Part shown: positions 19,661 through 28,150 of the stretch, piece by piece
How the letters are laid out: each line of letters begins with the position of its first letter
Position numbering within the stretch: position 1 is the stretch's first letter
Source: a virus
Length of the DNA stretch: 64,000 nucleotides
Direction: 5' to 3' (one strand)
IMG/VR virus record: IMGVR_UViG_3300023181_000026
Span: 67,612-131,611 of that record
Made by a program: the position numbers and the translations under genes
The notes under the pieces: generated by a model
What the model was told of the DNA's origin: nothing
Seen by the model: only the letters and a program-made list of their open reading frames with translations
The model's database searches: none

Positions 19661-19894
19661 TTACCAACTTATACTTAAGACATTATATTGTGGCTTTGAT
19701 TTTACTTCATAATCTAAGCCCTCAAGATAAACTCCTACTTCATTACAAATATGTACCGAATTAAATTTTAATGCTGTAGCATTACTACCCATTTCGCTTT
19801 TCTTTTTTATTTCAGAGATAGCATCTTGTTTTGCCTTTTGTATTAATTTCGGGCTATTTTGTTCAACCAATTCTCTTGCTTCTTTTGCTGTCAT
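19661..19894 (-). CDS. Hypothetical protein
   Basis: 77-aa ORF in the operon. Confidence 0.7.
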   Translation of the reverse strand: MTAKEARELVEQNSPKLIQKAKQDAISEIKKKSEMGSNATALKFNSVHICNEVGVYLEGLDYEVKSKPQYNVLSISW

Positions 19895-19897
19895 ATT

Positions 19898-20455
19898 TTA
19901 ACTAAATTGTTTTGGAAATCTTTTTTCTATAATTTCTTTCATTAAGAATGGGACTTTTTTATCTCCGTGAATTGGTATATTCTTAATTTCTCCTTTTGTC
20001 TCATCTAAATTAATTTTAGACATTACTTTTCTTAGAGTATTTATATTGGATAGCAAATCATCTTGGAATGTTATCTGCTCATCCATGTAAGTGTCATTAT
20101 CTTCTATTTCCGCCCATCTATTAAGCTTTCTATAGATATTAGAACGCTCTATATAACCTTCCAGAAGTCCTTTTAATAACTTTATAAATTCTATTGCGAA
20201 TTTTCTATGAAGATTTCCCTCGGCCTCTTTAATAAAATACTCTAACCTTGTGGCTATAGCTTTTACCAGTTTCCATTCTATGTTATGTTCATTTTTAAGA
20301 ACTGTAAATAAAGCTTCTTCTGTCTTTCTTCCCCAGTTTCTTGATTCAATGTAAAATTGAGTACCTGTTATGTGCTCTTTATATTGAGTGATGAATCTTT
20401 GAAGAACTTCTGGAGTGGATTGACTGTCTTCTATTTCTTCTTCATCAAATGCCAT
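19898..20455 (-). CDS. Hypothetical protein (possible small terminase by position)
   Basis: Helical 185 aa upstream of terL; role inferred from position only. Confidence 0.45.
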   Translation of the reverse strand: MAFDEEEIEDSQSTPEVLQRFITQYKEHITGTQFYIESRNWGRKTEEALFTVLKNEHNIEWKLVKAIATRLEYFIKEAEGNLHRKFAIEFIKLLKGLLEGYIERSNIYRKLNRWAEIEDNDTYMDEQITFQDDLLSNINTLRKVMSKINLDETKGEIKNIPIHGDKKVPFLMKEIIEKRFPKQFS

Positions 20456-20921
20456 TACTTTTTCTTATTTCGGCAAGATAAGAATGAATCATATCTTTTC
20501 TTTCAGATACCCTTTTCTTTATGATTTCATCAAGTCCCGCTACTTTAGAAGATAAATTACCATTACTGTCAATTACATATGAAGTTTGATTTTCCATAGC
20601 TAAAGCTTTGATAAACTTTGAATCCTCTTCTGATAACTCTAAATTAAATGACGTTCTTATAGAAGCCTCATTAATATATAAAAGCCTTTGAGATATTTTT
20701 TGAAGATCGCTTTGAATTAGATTTATTTTATAGACTTGGAACATATATTCTTCAACCATAGAATGTTTCTCTTTTGAGTCATTCTGTATTGCTATATCTT
20801 CTTTATCCTTTTCAATAATCTGCTTTCTTTTCTCTTCCGCGATTTCAGATTCTTTTTTTAAAGCATCTACATATGTATTATATGTATCTCTGTATTCGGA
20901 AAACTCTTTTTTTAAATTCAC
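20445..20921 (-). CDS. Hypothetical coiled-coil protein
   Basis: 158-aa ORF in the operon. Confidence 0.7.
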   Translation of the reverse strand: MNLKKEFSEYRDTYNTYVDALKKESEIAEEKRKQIIEKDKEDIAIQNDSKEKHSMVEEYMFQVYKINLIQSDLQKISQRLLYINEASIRTSFNLELSEEDSKFIKALAMENQTSYVIDSNGNLSSKVAGLDEIIKKRVSERKDMIHSYLAEIRKSNGI

Positions 20922-21148
20922 TATATTTCAATTTTATTCTGTTCTTCTTCTCTTAAAGCTTTTTCTACTGCTTGGTAGTACTCTTCGTCAGATATTTTCA
21001 TCATCCAACCTGTACTTGACTCTTTAGGTTTAGATATTTTTCTGAACATGCTGTAAAGGACATCACCTAAAGTGTAATCATCTTTAGTTTCTTCTGTTAA
21101 TTCCTTAAGTCTATGAAGGAATAGAGATTTGTAATTAGGATTTGACAT
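20921..21148 (-). CDS. Hypothetical protein
   Basis: 75-aa ORF in the operon. Confidence 0.7.
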   Translation of the reverse strand: MSNPNYKSLFLHRLKELTEETKDDYTLGDVLYSMFRKISKPKESSTGWMMKISDEEYYQAVEKALREEEQNKIEI

Positions 21149-21449
21149 TTCCTTTAATTGTTATTTTATTATTTAATAATTGCCCGTTTTGAGTGTAATA
21201 AACGGTGATTGGTTTGTTGAAACTTCCTAATAGATTAGAATTGTATCTAACTGTCAATAGTATCCCATTTTTCTCTGAATTGGCATTTACACTGAAACAT
21301 CCGCAGTGACTTGCTCTTGCATAAATTACATCTAAATCTTCTAAAAGAAAGTTAACTGTAGTGTCTTCTCCCTTTTTAATATTTCCATAATCAAATGTAC
21401 TTAAACCTGCCTCTTTTAATTTATGAGGTGTTAAATTATTTACTTTCAT
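21135..21449 (-). CDS. DUF1573-like Ig-fold protein
   Basis: FDYGNIKKG...SHCGC...LTVRYN...GSFNKPITV pattern of Bacteroidota DUF1573. Confidence 0.6.
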   Translation of the reverse strand: MKVNNLTPHKLKEAGLSTFDYGNIKKGEDTTVNFLLEDLDVIYARASHCGCFSVNANSEKNGILLTVRYNSNLLGSFNKPITVYYTQNGQLLNNKITIKGNVKS

Positions 21450-21452
21450 TTA

Positions 21453-21638
21453 TTAAGAATTTGTAAATACTTGGGGTAAAAACTCTATTGAATTTTGAAT
21501 ATTTGACCTAGATAAATCTATAGGTATAACTTTAATATTAAAATCCTTTTCGTATAAATTTATACTTTCCTTAAGTGTTCTATCAGAAGCCTTATATTCA
21601 TTAGGTAACTGATTAATGTCTAAAATAATTGTTGTCAT
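21453..21638 (-). CDS. Hypothetical protein
   Basis: 61-aa ORF in the operon. Confidence 0.6.
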   Translation of the reverse strand: MTTIILDINQLPNEYKASDRTLKESINLYEKDFNIKVIPIDLSRSNIQNSIEFLPQVFTNS

Positions 21639-21958
21639 TTTTTATTTGGTATATAAATTGATTTCCATTTTTCATTCCCGTAATCGGAACATTCCGTCTC
21701 TGGTTGTGCTGTCATAAATAGGGTGTCGCAGCCGCATATCGAACAAAATCCCCACTTCTTTGTAAGTTTTCCAAATAATAAGTTATATAAACTAGATAAT
21801 ATTGTTATGATTTTTACTTTCAAAGTCTTATTTTTAGTATTTGAAGAGTGATGTTCACAATTTAAGCACTTATTTATTCTTTCTATAACCCAAGACTCTT
21901 CGCTAGGCTTTTTAAATCTGGAACTTAATATGATCCATAGTTTATTCCATTTTTTCAT
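21635..21958 (-). CDS. Zn-binding hypothetical protein
   Basis: CLNCEH and CSICGC motifs. Confidence 0.65.
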   Translation of the reverse strand: MKKWNKLWIILSSRFKKPSEESWVIERINKCLNCEHHSSNTKNKTLKVKIITILSSLYNLLFGKLTKKWGFCSICGCDTLFMTAQPETECSDYGNEKWKSIYIPNKK

Positions 21959-22391
21959 TTAATATCATGTAAACTCTATTCTGTTCGTCTTGCATTTCTT
22001 CTATTTTCTTTCCGTAATTGAAACTTCGCTTAAGAATATTCTCCATCTTGTGGTGATGACTTGAGGAATTTGGTCTTCCTGTTTCTTTTAAGTAGTTGTC
22101 AAGTATGTCTTTTTTATATTGATAGGCTATTTTCCTTTTTTTCGAGGCTTTATCTTCAGGATTTCTCTCTAATTTAGCCTCGCATTCTGAAATAACTTCT
22201 TGTACATATTTATTTTTGATGTACATAGTCCCTAAGAAAGGTAACTTAAATGAGCAACAATCTGTTGCCTCTGTTTGTTTATGAATCCAATCTACACAAA
22301 ACTTATATAAATATTCCATTTCTTTAGGAGTTCTTCCTAATTCTCTTGCCGATCTATTTATTACTTCATTTGTAAATGCTATATCATTCAT
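21942..22391 (-). CDS. HU/IHF-like DNA-binding protein candidate
   Basis: Helical N-terminus then FKLPFLGTMYIK, resembling the HU V-x-L-x-G-F-G-T-F strand; near terminase. Confidence 0.5.
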   Translation of the reverse strand: MNDIAFTNEVINRSARELGRTPKEMEYLYKFCVDWIHKQTEATDCCSFKLPFLGTMYIKNKYVQEVISECEAKLERNPEDKASKKRKIAYQYKKDILDNYLKETGRPNSSSHHHKMENILKRSFNYGKKIEEMQDEQNRVYMILNEKME

Positions 22392-22786
22392 TCTACTATC
22401 TTAATTGCAAATAACTTTTCTTTAGTTGTTTTATCTAAAAAGTAATCTTTTATCCTTTGTAATTCTGGAGATAAAAAATCGTTATGATAATTCTTATTAT
22501 CCTTTATCAAATACCCTAATTTTCTAAGTTCTGAATTTATCTGATGTATATTAGCTCTGGAAAAACCTGCATCTTGCATTAAATCTTTAGTGCTTGAACT
22601 TACCCCAAATAAAATATAATAAGATATAACCTCAACTGCTTTTGGTCTAAGATGAAGTTTATTCAAATCACTCTTATTTGCCAAAGCATGGTTATTGTTT
22701 TTTATAATAGCGAATATAGAAACAATACGATTAATCTTGTCTAAATCGCTTGTGATTTGCATTTTATTCAGATAAACTTTACTCAT
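22388..22786 (-). CDS. Winged-helix DNA-binding protein candidate
   Basis: LMQDAGFSRANIHQINSELRKLGYLIK wHTH pattern. Confidence 0.55.
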   Translation of the reverse strand: MSKVYLNKMQITSDLDKINRIVSIFAIIKNNNHALANKSDLNKLHLRPKAVEVISYYILFGVSSSTKDLMQDAGFSRANIHQINSELRKLGYLIKDNKNYHNDFLSPELQRIKDYFLDKTTKEKLFAIKIVE

Positions 22787-22791
22787 GATTG

Positions 22792-22799
22792 CAAATATA
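22792..22799 (-). promoter_or_regulatory. -7 element of the leftward (late arm) promoter
   Basis: Minus strand TATATTTG 6 nt before the ATG at 22786; no clear -33. Confidence 0.6.
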
Positions 22800-22934
22800 T
22801 CACCTTTATTTTAAATTTCCTAATTTTTTTAGTTAAATTTTACTTAATTATTTTGTTGTTAATTTTATTTTCACTATGGCAAAATTATAAAAGTTATTCT
22901 TATCTTTCAAAAGTCTGATAATTTTTCTTAGACA

Positions 22935-22966
22935 TTTGCTTTATACTTTCAATTTTTATATCTTTG
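22935..22966 (+). promoter_or_regulatory. Rightward Bacteroidota sigma-A promoter (divergent pair)
   Basis: TTTG 22935-38, 20-bp spacer, TATCTTTG 22959-66. Confidence 0.8.
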
Positions 22967-22982
22967 CACTAAACCAAATATT

Positions 22983-23231
22983 ATGCTTAATTACGAAGAA
23001 TTTTTTGAGGCTATGTGGGATTATGTCTCGACAAAGGTAGTTAATGACCACTATTTTTTTGAAAGAGAAGATATGATGAGGGCTATAACTAAAGATATTT
23101 ATGATATTTATTGCAATGAAGATGCCTCTATAAATCCTAAATTCTATGGTAGAACAGTGGAATCAATATTCTTTCATTTGATTAAGCATGAAAATGAGAA
23201 AGAAGAAGTTGACTACAATAATTTTAATTAG
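22983..23231 (+). CDS. Hypothetical protein
   Basis: 82 aa with its own promoter and terminator. Confidence 0.75.
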   Translation: MLNYEEFFEAMWDYVSTKVVNDHYFFEREDMMRAITKDIYDIYCNEDASINPKFYGRTVESIFFHLIKHENEKEEVDYNNFN

Positions 23232-23251
23232 TTGTTTTTATTTTAATATCT

Positions 23252-23281
23252 GCCCTCTGATTAAGCTTTCAGGGGGCTTTT
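23252..23281 (+). terminator. Intrinsic terminator
   Basis: GCCCTCTGA/TCAGGGGGC stem plus TTTT. Confidence 0.75.
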
Positions 23282-23825
23282 GAATTTTATGGAAAGAAAT
23301 ATTTGTTCAATAGATGGTTTATCAGTTGTTAAACGGTATGGTGATAAAGAGATAAGTAAAACATTTAATTGCTATAAGGATTTATATGATTTTATTAAAG
23401 GCTGTGACATAGTTTTATTTGGCGGCATAGAAAAATTAATAGAAAGGCTTAGGTCTGAATTTATAACTTATGATTTTAGAGATGTCAAAGTTATAGACTT
23501 ATTAAAAGTTGAGGAATATATAAAGCCTAGAAATTTCAGTACTGTCTGTCATTCTTATGGATGTGATAATACTATTTTCAGTCTTTTAGAGGCACAAACT
23601 TTTAAATTAAGTAAATCGATAAGAGAATTAGATTTAATATCGTCAGGAGAATCAAAAAGACTAGATGTTGCAGGATATTTAAAAATTAAGGATGGTATAG
23701 TAGTTTGGGCTAAAGGCGCACACGAAAATAAACCAATCGTTAAAAATATACCTTATACTCAGAAAATACTAAATTCTCTTCCTTATGAAACCCAAGAAGA
23801 AATAAAAAAAGTATTTAAAAGATAA
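23280..23825 (+). CDS. Degenerate DnaQ-like 3'-5' exonuclease homolog
   Basis: IDLLKV..KPRNFS and LDVAG...VWAKGAHENKP...YTQKIL resemble Bacteroidota DnaQ-like proteins; acidic Exo motifs not seen. Confidence 0.55.
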   Translation: MNFMERNICSIDGLSVVKRYGDKEISKTFNCYKDLYDFIKGCDIVLFGGIEKLIERLRSEFITYDFRDVKVIDLLKVEEYIKPRNFSTVCHSYGCDNTIFSLLEAQTFKLSKSIRELDLISSGESKRLDVAGYLKIKDGIVVWAKGAHENKPIVKNIPYTQKILNSLPYETQEEIKKVFKR

Positions 23826-23841
23826 AATTAACTCTTAGATA

Positions 23842-23873
23842 TTTGGTAGTTAGAATATTAATTCTTATATTTG
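23842..23873 (+). promoter_or_regulatory. Bacteroidota sigma-A promoter
   Basis: TTTG 23842-45, 20-bp spacer, TATATTTG 23866-73. Confidence 0.8.
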
Positions 23874-23937
23874 CTATTCAATATTCCCAGTATGCCCCTG
23901 AATTAATTTTCAAGCTATTGGGTTAATAACAGAATTT

Positions 23938-24045
23938 ATGAAAGCATTTATATTTAAAGACTCATTAGAAGGTAAAGAGATTGCGCCAACATTAGTTATT
24001 TCTTTTAAAGAATTAGATTCACTTTTAGGTGGAATCGGAGTATAA
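23938..24045 (+). CDS. Putative 35-aa leader/small peptide
   Basis: Hand-translated MKAFIFKDSLEGKEIAPTLVISFKELDSLLGGIGV. Confidence 0.45.
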   Translation: MKAFIFKDSLEGKEIAPTLVISFKELDSLLGGIGV

Positions 24046-24310
24046 AAATATTTAGTGAGTGTGAAAGGAGCTAGTCTCTGTAGTATATACTCCGTGGGTG
24101 TTTTAAAGTTCACCTTTTTATCAAAAACTTAAATTACTATCCTTTACCACTATTTCGGGTTAAAAATGTGGAATTTTATCGGAATTATATTCTAATGTGG
24201 ATTGAAGGAGAACCTGAAGCATTGTGAAGTCAAAATATTTAAAATGCACCCCGTCTGATTGAGCCGTTTCTCCTCCTGAGCTCTTTCTTTCGGGGATTGT
24301 TAATTTAAAT

Positions 24311-25516
24311 ATGCACGATTTAATAAAAAAACCAGATGAGTTTACAATTACAACTTTTAAAAATTTATCGAATTGTCGAGTTACAGGCCAAATAAATTTT
24401 TCTGAATGGCTTCTTAAAATTAAAAATGGAGATTTTGCAGAAGAAATAAATCTTGCTCGAAATGATGATTCTCAGAAAGATTTTATAAAGGTAAATAAAG
24501 TACCTTGCGTAACTATAAATTTTAATTATAATAATTATAAGAATAGTAAAAATTGTAGTAGTGCTACTGGACTACTTTATATTGACATTGATGCGCCTGA
24601 TTTTGATATATCTATTATAGATAAGTCTTTAGTTAGAGCTTACTACAAATCCTTTGGTAATAAAGGATATGGTATAGTAGTTAAAGTAGATGGACTTACT
24701 AGCGATAATTTTGAAAGTACTTATTTTAGTATTTGCGATAAATTAGGCATTTCTCAATATGTTGATTTAGGAGCTAAAAAGGCTAGCCAATTCAATGTAA
24801 TGTCTTTTGACACAGATTTATTTGATAACCCTAACTCTAGGATATTTAGTAGTTTCTCTACCCCCCTTCTAGAGAATAATAGAAGAGAGAGAAGAGCATA
24901 TAGCACAGAGTGGGGGGTAACTAATGTTAGATTTAGTAATAGACAGGACTATATAAAAGGAGATGATGAGTATTTCGTTGATTTTGGAAACATAGAAATT
25001 ATAGAAGCAAAATTGCTTTACAAAAAAGTTTCAAAGAACAGAAATAATATTCTATTAGCATATTGTACAAACCTTTTATTCTTAAACCCTCAAATATATT
25101 ATGACAGATTATATAAAATAATGCGTGCTGTAAATGAAAACAATTTTACAAATCCAGTAGATGATAATCAATTAAATAGAATTTTAAATAGTGTTATAGG
25201 TTATCATAATTCAGGAGAATTAATACCAATACCTCAAAAAAAGAAAGGCAGTATAATATTTAGTGAAAAAGTTAAAAACAAATATACGAAAGAAGAAAAA
25301 TTTGCAATTGTTAGGAAATTGAATTGTGAAAACACAGCTAAAAAAACTAAATTAAAATTAGAAAATATAATAAAGAATTGGGATTATTCTTTACATGGTA
25401 AAATAACACAAGTAAATATCGTAAGAAATCACCCTATATCAAAAAAAACTGTTGAAAAATATTATAAATTTTTTATAGAAATTATAAAAATAAGTAACTC
25501 AAAATTTGGTAGTTAG
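24311..25516 (+). CDS. BT4734/VirE-N-like (AEP primase-related) replication protein
   Basis: KVPCVT, TGLLYIDID, YYKSFGNKGYGIVVK and DLGAKKASQFNVMSFD pattern. Confidence 0.65.
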   Translation: MHDLIKKPDEFTITTFKNLSNCRVTGQINFSEWLLKIKNGDFAEEINLARNDDSQKDFIKVNKVPCVTINFNYNNYKNSKNCSSATGLLYIDIDAPDFDISIIDKSLVRAYYKSFGNKGYGIVVKVDGLTSDNFESTYFSICDKLGISQYVDLGAKKASQFNVMSFDTDLFDNPNSRIFSSFSTPLLENNRRERRAYSTEWGVTNVRFSNRQDYIKGDDEYFVDFGNIEIIEAKLLYKKVSKNRNNILLAYCTNLLFLNPQIYYDRLYKIMRAVNENNFTNPVDDNQLNRILNSVIGYHNSGELIPIPQKKKGSIIFSEKVKNKYTKEEKFAIVRKLNCENTAKKTKLKLENIIKNWDYSLHGKITQVNIVRNHPISKKTVEKYYKFFIEIIKISNSKFGS

Positions 25517-25533
25517 CTTTAAAATTATTAAAT

Positions 25534-25773
25534 TTGTTATTCACAATGATAGATATGGAGAAACTTCTAATAATAGAAAATAAAATAAATGCGCCAGAAG
25601 AAATAATTTATGGTGTAAGATTGGGTAAAGATAAAGGTAATTCTACAATAACAGATTTTTATATTAAATCCTGCTCAATGGAAGAAGAAGAAATTCAATT
25701 TAGAATTTACGGGTCTTTAGAAAGAAAAGCTTTAAGTAAAATATTCTTAGAATTATCAAATAAATTAAAATAA
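25534..25773 (+). CDS. Hypothetical protein
   Basis: Co-directional coupled ORF. Confidence 0.65.
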   Translation: MLFTMIDMEKLLIIENKINAPEEIIYGVRLGKDKGNSTITDFYIKSCSMEEEEIQFRIYGSLERKALSKIFLELSNKLK

Positions 25774-26048
25774 TGAAAGAAAAAATAGAAACATTAATCG
25801 CCGAAAATAAATTATTAAAAGACCAATGTTGGGCGACAATAAACGAATTAAGAGAAAGCAGATTTAATAGGAGCTTAAAAACAGGAACTAAGATAGCTAA
25901 GTTAGAAACTGAATATGAAAATAGAAAAGAATTTATTGAACAGTTAGAAAGCTTAAAAAATTGTAATTATACAGAATTGAGTGCATTCACAGAATGGAAC
26001 AGTAAAGAAGACGCACTAAACTTTGATGAAAAACAAGATAAATTTTAA
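25773..26048 (+). CDS. Hypothetical protein
   Basis: Co-directional coupled ORF. Confidence 0.65.
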   Translation: MKEKIETLIAENKLLKDQCWATINELRESRFNRSLKTGTKIAKLETEYENRKEFIEQLESLKNCNYTELSAFTEWNSKEDALNFDEKQDKF

Positions 26049-26197
26049 TGAAAATTGTAAAACTTTCTACCAAAGAAATAAATAATTTAATTTCTGTATT
26101 ACATGGCCTTAATAATATAGAACATATAAAATATTTTGATTTTTTGACAAAGAATAAAAGAAAAATAAGGTTTATTAATTCAGATAAATTTTAAATT

Positions 26198-26392
26198 ATG
26201 CACGCATTTATAAAATTGCAAAATATGGAGTCTTTAATAAAAAAGTTAGAAGAATATATAGAATTTTTAAATAAAGCTAATGAGAGTCCTATAAACATAG
26301 CTTCTGCTCATGGATGGAAATGTAGTCAACAAGATGTCGAAAAAGGACAAAGACTAAGAGATGAAATAGAAAGTATAAAATTTTATCTATGA
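26198..26392 (+). CDS. Hypothetical protein
   Basis: Co-directional ORF. Confidence 0.65.
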   Translation: MHAFIKLQNMESLIKKLEEYIEFLNKANESPINIASAHGWKCSQQDVEKGQRLRDEIESIKFYL

Positions 26393-26724
26393 TAGACTTA
26401 ACTAAATTTGGTTTTATAAAGACTGAGAAGAATACTTGGGTAGTATGGAAAGATTATATATACGATGATTTAAGAAGTGACTACGGATATTATTTAAGAG
26501 CATCTATTCATGAACCATTTGTTGGTAAAATTACAAGCCCAGATATTGATTGTTATATGTATCAAATTATTGTACATAGATATGAATATGATAGAACTCA
26601 TATAGAACAATGGTTAGAAGAAGGAGAATCTCGTATATCATATCACGGACTTATACCATCAGAAGAGTTTTTTGAAGAACTGTTAGTTAACTTAGGTATA
26701 AAATATGCCGTCGAAAAAGAATAA
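26389..26724 (+). CDS. Hypothetical protein
   Basis: Co-directional coupled ORF. Confidence 0.65.
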   Translation: MIDLTKFGFIKTEKNTWVVWKDYIYDDLRSDYGYYLRASIHEPFVGKITSPDIDCYMYQIIVHRYEYDRTHIEQWLEEGESRISYHGLIPSEEFFEELLVNLGIKYAVEKE

Positions 26725-26902
26725 TCAACAAGACAAAATACAAGTTAGACAATTCAAAGATGGTTCCTTAAACTTTTGGTCGGAATTTCGTCATTATCAT
26801 TTAACAGAAGATAAAGAAATTATACTTTGTGCAGGAGGCGGAGAAAGCGAAGAGCATTTAGAAAAACTAAAAGCTTATTTAAAGAGAAAAAAGTTGATAT
26901 GA
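26705..26902 (+). CDS. Hypothetical protein
   Basis: Co-directional coupled ORF. Confidence 0.6.
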   Translation: MPSKKNNQQDKIQVRQFKDGSLNFWSEFRHYHLTEDKEIILCAGGGESEEHLEKLKAYLKRKKLI

Positions 26903-27042
26903 ACTATAAGTTACAGCTTTGGAATGATTGTAAATGCGGTCAAAGAAATTACAGAGAGTTAGAAGATCTTAAAAATTATACTTCAAGTATACTATGTGTA
27001 AGTTGTAAAGAAGAAATAATAATTGGGTATGAGAGAATATAA
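26827..27042 (+). CDS. Small Zn-ribbon protein (true start probably ~26899)
   Basis: CKCG...CVSC motifs; the track start overlaps the upstream ORF. Confidence 0.55.
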   Translation: MCRRRRKRRAFRKTKSLFKEKKVDMNYKLQLWNDCKCGQRNYRELEDLKNYTSSILCVSCKEEIIIGYERI

Positions 27043-27277
27043 AATAGAAACTGTACAAGATATGTTTGATGTAGTTACGACTGATAACATAGAAAGATTT
27101 TTAATGGATTTTTGCATGGCTTTTCATATGATGGCGGAAGCAAAAGAAAATTTACATAAAGATGGAATAGACTTATCTGAAATAAAAAATCCTTATTTTA
27201 TTTGGAAAGATGATGGTAAGACAGATATAAGTTTTAAATTTAATGACAATGAAAGTCTTGAAATAAAAGGTAAATGA
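27023..27277 (+). CDS. Hypothetical protein
   Basis: Co-directional coupled ORF. Confidence 0.65.
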   Translation: MGMREYKIETVQDMFDVVTTDNIERFLMDFCMAFHMMAEAKENLHKDGIDLSEIKNPYFIWKDDGKTDISFKFNDNESLEIKGK

Positions 27278-27738
27278 AAAGAAAGCCATTAAAATACTAT
27301 CAAGCTAAAAACAATTTTGACTTTAGTACAGAAGATTATAATTCTCTGTCAATATCGCAGCTTAAAAAACAAGCAGATTATTGGATGAGACAACATCTGT
27401 TGAGAGAAACAGACAGTAGATATGGAAAGTATTTTTGCCCTCTAAAAAAGGCGTGGCTTCCAGCAAATCAGCTAGAAGTGGCTCATTTTATAGATCGAGC
27501 AAATATGAGTACAAGATACGATTTAAGAAACTGTCATTTAGTATCAAAACAGTCTAATACTTTCGATGCACAAACCCCTAAAGAAGGGTATAAATCACAG
27601 CATCATTTTGACTATGAATGTTTTTTATTACAAGAATATGGAGAAAATATACTAAAAGAGTTGGCAGATAAAAAGGAATTAACTATATTTGCAAGAGAAG
27701 ATTACATAGAAAAAATTAAATTCTTTAGAAATGTCTGA
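27274..27738 (+). CDS. ninG: NinG/Rap-like recombination endonuclease
   Basis: LKKQADYWMRQ...EVAHFIDRANMSTRYDLRNCH...N pattern of NinG HNH nucleases. Confidence 0.75.
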   Translation: MKRKPLKYYQAKNNFDFSTEDYNSLSISQLKKQADYWMRQHLLRETDSRYGKYFCPLKKAWLPANQLEVAHFIDRANMSTRYDLRNCHLVSKQSNTFDAQTPKEGYKSQHHFDYECFLLQEYGENILKELADKKELTIFAREDYIEKIKFFRNV

Positions 27739-28141
27739 CATACACCCTTGGTTCAAATTAAATGACTTAATAGAAGACTACTCAGAGAATAGAGAAAGCT
27801 ACAATGCAGAAAAATTACAAGAGCTTAGGGAGTCTATAAGCTTACAATTATTTTTCCTATCTGACTCTTTTTCTGTTGCAATATCTCTATACGATCAAAA
27901 AGAACATATAAGAAAGTCAAAAATGGCAGAAAGAGAGCAATTCTATAGGCAAGATAAAGGATCTGATGGGAAGTCAATGACTGTTGCTGAAGCAGCCAAT
28001 CTCGCTAGAATAGACTGTTCTAAAGAAGTCGATGATTGTAAAGAAGCTCTTAGACAAAAGAAAAGGGCTGAAATAGTATTAATGGCTACCCAGCAAATAT
28101 TAAATTCAATTAGCAGCCGCATTCATATGATAAAAAATTAA
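27731..28141 (+). CDS. Helical recombination-mediator candidate (UvsY-like)
   Basis: 136-aa all-helical protein directly upstream of the RecA homolog. Confidence 0.4.
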   Translation: MSDIHPWFKLNDLIEDYSENRESYNAEKLQELRESISLQLFFLSDSFSVAISLYDQKEHIRKSKMAEREQFYRQDKGSDGKSMTVAEAANLARIDCSKEVDDCKEALRQKKRAEIVLMATQQILNSISSRIHMIKN

Positions 28142-28150
28142 ATATATAAA

